51,766 nt of DNA, taken from the NCBI GenBank assembly GCA_046760145.1, contig JBHIDO010000003.1:1-51766 (forward strand). The letters are read 5' to 3'. The position numbers and the translations under genes were made by a program. The stretch's first letter is position 1. Every line of letters begins with the position of its first letter. The DNA comes from Candidatus Aenigmatarchaeota archaeon. Its GTDB lineage: Archaea; Aenigmatarchaeota; Aenigmatarchaeia; Aenigmatarchaeales; Aenigmatarchaeaceae. Below the pieces are notes generated by a model, which saw only the letters and a program-made list of their open reading frames with translations, had not been told where the DNA came from and did no database searches. Positions 45,509 to 51,766 of the stretch are shown here, piece after piece.

Positions 45509-46255
45509 ATGAAAAAAATTAGTTTAAAGAAAAGTTGGGAAAAAATATCTGAGATTTATCAAAAAGAATTCTATTATAATGTCTGGCCGAAAATGGATGC
45601 TGATGAAATTATGTTACTAAAAAACATTAAAAATAAAAGGATTTTGGATATAGGATGCGGTGGTGGTCAAGAATCCATCATACTTGCAAAAAAAGGTGCA
45701 ATTGTTACTGGCATTGATTTTTCAAAAAAACAAATAGAATTTGCAAAAAAATTAGCAAAAAAAGAAAAAGTTAAAGTAAATTTCTTAATTAAGAATATAG
45801 AAAGATTAGACATGTTTCCAAAAAATAGCTTTGATATTGTCTACTCAAGCTATGCATTACAATATATAGAAAATTTAAAAAGGGTTTTCAAAGAAGTTTA
45901 TAAAATACTAAAGCCGAAAGGTATCTTTATATTAGCACTTGACCATCCTATTTTTTTATCTGGAAATTGGATGAAATATAAAGGAAAAAAATGTTTTCTA
46001 ATAGGAAATTATTTTAAAAGAGGTAAAAGATATTGGAAATGGGAATTTAAAGGAGGAAAAATAAAAGTCCCCTTCTATTGTTTTCATAGAACTATACAAG
46101 ATTTTTTTGATTTATTTTTAAATAATGGTTTTGTTATAGAAAATTTTATAGAGCCTGAAGTTGTTAAAAAATCTAAAAAAGAAGTTGAACCTTACACGTA
46201 TAAAAAAATGAAAAAAATACCATATAAAATTATTTTCAAAGCTGTGAAAAAATGA
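45509..46255 (+). CDS. Class I SAM-dependent methyltransferase
   Basis: ILDIGCGGG, GIDFS, FDIV, LKPKG. Confidence 0.9.
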   Translation: MKKISLKKSWEKISEIYQKEFYYNVWPKMDADEIMLLKNIKNKRILDIGCGGGQESIILAKKGAIVTGIDFSKKQIEFAKKLAKKEKVKVNFLIKNIERLDMFPKNSFDIVYSSYALQYIENLKRVFKEVYKILKPKGIFILALDHPIFLSGNWMKYKGKKCFLIGNYFKRGKRYWKWEFKGGKIKVPFYCFHRTIQDFFDLFLNNGFVIENFIEPEVVKKSKKEVEPYTYKKMKKIPYKIIFKAVKK

Positions 46256-47505
46256 AAATATTTTCAGATTTGCATATACATTCGCATTATTCAAGAGCAA
46301 CTTCTAATCAAATGAATTTAGAGCAAATTGAAAAATATGGAAAAATAAAAGGATTAAATTTAATTGGAACAGGAGACTTCACACACCCTTTGTGGTTTGA
46401 AGAATTAAAAAGAAATTTAAGAGAATTTGAAAACTCTAACTTGTTTCGATACAAAGATATTTTCTTTATGTTAACAGCAGAAGTCTCTAATATTTATCAA
46501 CAAGATGGAAAAATAAGAAAAATTCATAATGTAATTCTTGCACCAAATTTTGAAGTTGCAGAACAAATAACAGAATGGTTAAAAACAAAAGGAAGGGTTG
46601 ATTATGATGGGAGACCAATATTTGGATTTCCTGTTCCAGAACTTATTGAAAATTTAATACAAATATCTAAAGATATAATGATAATTCCTGCACATGCGTG
46701 GACCCCTTGGTTCTCAATATTCGGAAGTAAATCAGGATTTGATTCTGTTAAAGAATGTTTTCAAGATCAAACAAAACATATTTATGCATTAGAAACTGGT
46801 TTATCTTCTGATCCTGCAATGAATTGGAGATTATCTTCTTTAGATAAATTTGCATTAATTTCAAATTCTGATTCACATTCCCCTTGGCCTTGGAGATTAG
46901 GAAGAGAAGCAAATGTTTTTGATACAAAAATGAATTACAAAGAAATAATAAATGCAATAAAACAAAAAGATAATAAAAAATTTCTATTCACAATAGAAGT
47001 TGATCCTTCATATGGAAAATATCATTGGGACGGGCATAGAAATTGTAATGTTTTTTTAGAACCAAAGGAATCTTTGAAATACCATGATATTTGTCCTGTT
47101 TGTAAAAGAACATTAACAATTGGTGTTTTGCATAGAGTTGAAGAATTATCTGATCGAGAAGAAAATTTTGTCCCTAAAAATGCAATTCCCTTTAAAAAAT
47201 TAATTCCGTTATCAGAATTAATTGCAACTGTTTATAATACAGGTGTTTATACAAAAAAAGTCTGGGAAATATATAATAAGTTAATAAAGGAATTTGGATC
47301 AGAATTAAACATTTTATTAGAAACAGAAAAGGAAAAGATAAAATTAATAGTTGGTGAAAAAATTGCAGAAATAATAATAAAAAATAGAAAAGGAAAACTA
47401 AAAATCCAACCAGGCTATGATGGGATTTATGGGAAATTAATTCTAAATGGGAAAATTTCTAGAAAACTGCCTCAAAAAAGATTAAGCAGTTTCCTATCTC
47501 CCTAA
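46252..47505 (+). CDS. Endonuclease Q family (PHP domain + Zn finger)
   Basis: DLHIHSHYSRATS, GTGDFTHP, PAHAWTPW, ETGLSSD, SNSDSHS, GKYH, PGYDGIYG. Confidence 0.92.
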   Translation: MKIFSDLHIHSHYSRATSNQMNLEQIEKYGKIKGLNLIGTGDFTHPLWFEELKRNLREFENSNLFRYKDIFFMLTAEVSNIYQQDGKIRKIHNVILAPNFEVAEQITEWLKTKGRVDYDGRPIFGFPVPELIENLIQISKDIMIIPAHAWTPWFSIFGSKSGFDSVKECFQDQTKHIYALETGLSSDPAMNWRLSSLDKFALISNSDSHSPWPWRLGREANVFDTKMNYKEIINAIKQKDNKKFLFTIEVDPSYGKYHWDGHRNCNVFLEPKESLKYHDICPVCKRTLTIGVLHRVEELSDREENFVPKNAIPFKKLIPLSELIATVYNTGVYTKKVWEIYNKLIKEFGSELNILLETEKEKIKLIVGEKIAEIIIKNRKGKLKIQPGYDGIYGKLILNGKISRKLPQKRLSSFLSP

Positions 47506-48423
47506 AGCTGTTACACTAATTGTACTATCTTTGTAATAACCGTAAGAAACTGTTATGTCTGCTGAATATCCCTTTACAGTTGCTGGTGGTGTTAAGGTTA
47601 CATCACAAACTAATGTTGTATCTCTTCCACCTACCATTTCCTGATCTCCTGTACAACCTGTTACTATTAAATCGTTTGATTCAACATCAACGTTTACCCA
47701 ATTCAAATCATCAATTGTTAATCCAAGATATGGTGTTTCATAATCTATTGCACCTCTATCATAGATTGTTCCACCACCAATGTTACTTAATTTTATACTC
47801 ATTGTGAACGTATCTTCACCTTCTATCAAAACAGGTGGATCTGGTGACACACTGACTTCAATTGAAATTGTTCCTTGTGTTGGTGTAAATGTTGATTTCT
47901 TTATTTCTTTTCCAGATGTTCTTGCTGCCTCATATTCTGATTCTGAATAGACCCATACTGTTCCTCTTGCAGTTGTTTTATATTCATAATAAATTCTTCC
48001 TATAAAATCATCTGTTCTTGACTGACCTTGTGGAAGAATTGGTGCATTTAGTCTCCAAGAAAATCTCTTTCTATCTGCTGGAATATCTCTTGCTGGATCA
48101 GCTGGATCCATATCTTTGTTAAAATACTTATATAATGTTTCATCCTCACTTGTAGCATTCCAACTAAACCCTGTTGTATCATCTAAATTCAAATTTGAAC
48201 CGATTAGATAAACTAAAGATGTTTCATTTTCAGTTTTATATCCACCCTGATTCTCAACCTCCATTGTTATTCTCACTGATCTTCCTGAATAAACTTCAGA
48301 TTGATCTGCAGCAAATTCTATTATTTCTAATCCCTTTCCTTCTACTGGTGTGGGAGCTTCTTCTCCACCAATACATCCTAATACCAAAACAATTGCTACT
48401 AATGTAATTAAAATATATTTCAT
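47494..48423 (-). CDS. Lipoprotein, paralog array member
   Basis: Lipobox VLGC; two beta-sandwich halves. Confidence 0.7.
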   Translation of the reverse strand: MKYILITLVAIVLVLGCIGGEEAPTPVEGKGLEIIEFAADQSEVYSGRSVRITMEVENQGGYKTENETSLVYLIGSNLNLDDTTGFSWNATSEDETLYKYFNKDMDPADPARDIPADRKRFSWRLNAPILPQGQSRTDDFIGRIYYEYKTTARGTVWVYSESEYEAARTSGKEIKKSTFTPTQGTISIEVSVSPDPPVLIEGEDTFTMSIKLSNIGGGTIYDRGAIDYETPYLGLTIDDLNWVNVDVESNDLIVTGCTGDQEMVGGRDTTLVCDVTLTPPATVKGYSADITVSYGYYKDSTISVTALGR

Positions 48424-49577
48424 TTAGGTTTCACCTTTACAGTTATAGAATTATCAAGCATATATTTATAATTAGCAGTTAAGGTTATGGACTGAATATC
48501 AATTGGTTGGGAAGCTTTAACTTTTAAATTACAGGTTGATCTTGAAGCCCTGTTATTGAAAAATTTAAGATCTTTCTTCAAATACATTGTATTTCCTATT
48601 CTCTCATAATCACTACAAGTAATATATTCTATGTTGCTAGGAATTGTAAAGTAAACAGGCCTTAAAGAAACATACGAATTTTTTTTATTTAATCTAGGAT
48701 TACCACCTTGTAGGAGAGTTAATTTTGCATATTTAACATAAGTCTTTTTTCCAAAATCATTATAGTAATTGTGAGAAATTGCACCTGCATACCATGGTGA
48801 ATTATAAGTTTTTATTAATTTATCATTTTGACCATAAAATTGAATCTTATAACTTCCATAGGAAGACTCCTCTATATACCAAGAAATATTAGTAATCTCA
48901 TAACCAATAAATATGTTATATGATGATTCTGGTGAACCTTCTTTTATAACTTTCCAATCATTTAGTTTTTTGTATGACTCTAATTTTTCAATATACCCAT
49001 TCTCTTCATTTGTATAATCTATGTACATGTAAAAACTATCTTCATCTAAAAATGGATGTGGTTCTGAAAATGATAAAGAAATTTTAACCGGACTATCAGT
49101 TGAATCAGTTTGAACAATAATATCTTGTAAAGTTCCTGCACTCTCTCTTTGATAATATTCTGATTCTTGCAAAACTGCTATTCCTTTAGACAAAGAAAAT
49201 TTTGTTTCAAATTCTGTTCTAAATCTTATTTCACAATCTCTTTCAAACTCCATTGTTCCAGTCAACCATTTCCAATGCCATCTTTCTGTTCTGTTTGCTT
49301 TAATTTCATCAAATGATTTTGAATTATTTCCTGAAAAAACACATTGATCATAAACGTTTAAATTAAAATTTTTCAAATCATAACCTTGTTTGTTATTTAT
49401 TTCGAATAATATGTCAAGATTTCTTCCAGACTTAACTACAGAAGGAATTGCTTCAACTTTTAAATATAAATCAGGGTTTGTTGTTTCTTCAAAAATAACA
49501 GAAGACTCATAAACATCTGTTTCTACACATAACGAAATTATTATTATTCCTATTATTAAAAACAGTAAATATCGCAT
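48420..49577 (-). CDS. Lipoprotein, paralog array member with internal insert
   Basis: ISLC lipobox; shares FEIxN...YDxC, CxIRF, CxL, TANYxY pattern with 49607-50560. Confidence 0.7.
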   Translation of the reverse strand: MRYLLFLIIGIIIISLCVETDVYESSVIFEETTNPDLYLKVEAIPSVVKSGRNLDILFEINNKQGYDLKNFNLNVYDQCVFSGNNSKSFDEIKANRTERWHWKWLTGTMEFERDCEIRFRTEFETKFSLSKGIAVLQESEYYQRESAGTLQDIIVQTDSTDSPVKISLSFSEPHPFLDEDSFYMYIDYTNEENGYIEKLESYKKLNDWKVIKEGSPESSYNIFIGYEITNISWYIEESSYGSYKIQFYGQNDKLIKTYNSPWYAGAISHNYYNDFGKKTYVKYAKLTLLQGGNPRLNKKNSYVSLRPVYFTIPSNIEYITCSDYERIGNTMYLKKDLKFFNNRASRSTCNLKVKASQPIDIQSITLTANYKYMLDNSITVKVKPK

Positions 49578-49606
49578 AAAGAATATTATTAGTTAAATAA
49601 ATAAAT

Positions 49607-50560
49607 CTATACTCCAAGGGTTGGTTCTACTTTAATTTCATTTTCCTGATTTAAATCATAAGTATATGAAATATTGGCAGTTAAGAAGTATGTTTTTTCA
49701 ACAACAACATTATCAACACTAGGAGTTATGAATGAACACCTAATTTGAGGAGTTTTCTTTTTAATCATTGGAATTTCTTTATTATTAAAGTAAAGACCAC
49801 TATCTTCATCATATCTAAATTTGTCGCACTTAGAAACTACAAAATCACTAGGTATACTAAAACTAAGTGCATCTTTTGGTATATTTCCATATATTCCTGA
49901 ACCTTTATCTTCTACTGTTATGTAAATAGGTAATGTATAATTTTTCTCTGAATAATTACTTGCTCTAATTGGCATTGAAGATCCAAAATCAAAATATATT
50001 TTTAAAGGTCCTCTGCCAATAGTTTGAGTTGGTGTAAATGTTGGTGTTTCACCTGTTCTTTGTAATCTTTTCAATTCTTCAGGAGAAATAACATCAACAT
50101 CAATCTGAGAATATGTTGTAAAATCATAACTAACCTTATATCTAATCGGACATTTTACACTTAAGTAGACCATTTGATCATTTGAAGGTGCTTGGAATTC
50201 CCATTCAATAAATTCTGTTTGTCCAGGGTAAAGTGTTCCAATATCCTCTGTATAAGTTGTTTCTCCTTCTTCTAAAAATCGAGGTTCACATAAACCATAA
50301 TCATACAGTTGAATTTTTACATTTTCAACTTCTTTTAAATCATCTTGATTCTTTACTTCAAAAGAAATTGAAAATTGATCTTCTGCATCAATAGGTGGTG
50401 TTGGTATAATATTCGTATTTTGGATCACAATTATATCAGGAGGTAATTCAGTTGTTTCTGGTCCTTCGCCTCCAATCAAACCCTGAAATAAATCTGAGTC
50501 AACACAACCAGATATAAATATCACTGCTAGAATTCCTGCAAGTACAAATTTTTTCATCAA
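49607..50560 (-). CDS. Lipoprotein, paralog array member
   Basis: ISGC lipobox; same motif series. Confidence 0.7.
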   Translation of the reverse strand: MMKKFVLAGILAVIFISGCVDSDLFQGLIGGEGPETTELPPDIIVIQNTNIIPTPPIDAEDQFSISFEVKNQDDLKEVENVKIQLYDYGLCEPRFLEEGETTYTEDIGTLYPGQTEFIEWEFQAPSNDQMVYLSVKCPIRYKVSYDFTTYSQIDVDVISPEELKRLQRTGETPTFTPTQTIGRGPLKIYFDFGSSMPIRASNYSEKNYTLPIYITVEDKGSGIYGNIPKDALSFSIPSDFVVSKCDKFRYDEDSGLYFNNKEIPMIKKKTPQIRCSFITPSVDNVVVEKTYFLTANISYTYDLNQENEIKVEPTLGV

Positions 50561-50595
50561 AATCTCCTAATTTTATTATATCTTTTAAATATAAA

Positions 50596-51765
50596 TTAAC
50601 TTGGTCTTCCCCATACTATCTCAATGGTCTTTGATTTTGAATCCTCATAAGTATAAGTTGCTGTTCCAACTATTGTTATGGTTTTCCTATCAATGTTACC
50701 GATTTGAGGTTTTATTAAAAATGAGACTCTTTTAAATGGCTCATCATCACTACTTTTAACTACACCCCTATGCTCACACGTTATGTTGTAATAATTTTCA
50801 AATGTTCCCGTTTCAACTTCTTCAACAGAGCAATCCTCATCAAATGTTTCGCTCAAAATATCATCTTCGGTAAATGTTTGTTCAAATGCAACTGATGGAA
50901 TATAAATAGAATATTTTATATCTGAAATTTCTCCTTTACCTTGGTTATAAATAGAAGCTACAATTAATGACTCTTCTCCATTTTTCAGTGGTTGTTTCTG
51001 TGTCCATATAGTTGCTTTAGCAGGACCTCCTGAATATCTAGATTCAAATGATTTTCTTTCTAATTGTCTATTTTGCAATAAAGTATCATATAAACTTTCA
51101 TTTAATATTTCAATATTATTTCCAGTTGAAACATTAACATTATAACTAAAGTTATATTCCGCATTTATCTTTACAAATTCTCCTCCGTGTTTGTAAGCAT
51201 CACCAGTTTCACATTCTTTCTCATTACCTTCATTGTCAATACATTTCTGTAATTCTTCTCCCCATTCATTCTTACTAAATTTAAATGAAATTGTCTTTAT
51301 TTCATCTGGATAAATTCCACCTTGCCACTCACATGATGCTTTCTCAGTATTTTCACCATGTTTTATTCCGTTTGCACCACAAGTTATTTTTCCTATTATT
51401 CCAACTGTTTCTGGCTCTGTTCCTGTTTTTGCTTCTACGGGTAACCATGTTCCATATACATAAATCCATAAATTAGCTGCATCAAACTCTCCTTTATTTT
51501 CTAATTCTATATAACCTAACAAAGGAATATCAGGATCTAATTTATCTGAGAATAAATCAAATGTAGTAACCTCTATAGATTTTACAGAACCTCCTGTCTG
51601 AACTCTAGATGCTCTTGCTTGAGCTGCTTCTGTCTGTCTCCTATAATATTCGGCCGGATTTGTTAGTAATAACCAAGCATCTCCTAGCCCTGATGTTGCT
51701 TGACCAACTACATCTGTTATAGGAGAAATGGTTGTTTCAGCAAAATTTTGAACAGCTGGCCACCA
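50596..51765 (-). CDS. Surface protein of the same family, 5'-truncated by window edge
   Basis: Frame open to the window end (WWPAVQNFAE...); GP...IYNQGKG...YTY pattern shared with neighbours. Confidence 0.65.
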   Translation of the reverse strand, partial: WWPAVQNFAETTISPITDVVGQATSGLGDAWLLLTNPAEYYRRQTEAAQARASRVQTGGSVKSIEVTTFDLFSDKLDPDIPLLGYIELENKGEFDAANLWIYVYGTWLPVEAKTGTEPETVGIIGKITCGANGIKHGENTEKASCEWQGGIYPDEIKTISFKFSKNEWGEELQKCIDNEGNEKECETGDAYKHGGEFVKINAEYNFSYNVNVSTGNNIEILNESLYDTLLQNRQLERKSFESRYSGGPAKATIWTQKQPLKNGEESLIVASIYNQGKGEISDIKYSIYIPSVAFEQTFTEDDILSETFDEDCSVEEVETGTFENYYNITCEHRGVVKSSDDEPFKRVSFLIKPQIGNIDRKTITIVGTATYTYEDSKSKTIEIVWGRPS

Positions 51766-51766
51766 T

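Overview
AT-rich archaeal chromosomal segment, most likely DPANN (Aenigmarchaeota-like; this is an inference from gene content: FEN1, aEF-1beta, Pth2, CarS, Tes, an S-layer protein, Sec61beta and an unlinked 23S rRNA). The dominant theme is RNA splicing and homing endonucleases. The minus-strand 23S rRNA gene (~3800-8695) carries six introns: one group I intron with a LAGLIDADG gene and five bulge-helix-bulge (BHB) introns. One BHB intron sits in the sarcin-ricin loop and another carries a non-nuclease ORF. The strongest finding is a 32-nt BHB intron inside a protein-coding gene (AmmeMemoRadiSam radical SAM, 41726-41757). Its removal exactly restores the conserved DPIEKKPLFHF motif, and the gene lies directly downstream of a free-standing, splicing-dead intein-derived LAGLIDADG gene. 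Other notable items: a pilus/WxL-like surface operon with a 2327-aa adhesin bearing a NUMOD3-like cytoplasmic tail, a candidate RiPP precursor plus radical SAM start at the left edge, a divergent DXR homolog among lipid genes, a 2.2-kb mini-island at tRNA-Arg, RNase P RNA, four tRNAs and an orphan tRNA 3' fragment. All calls are by eye; no database searches were run.
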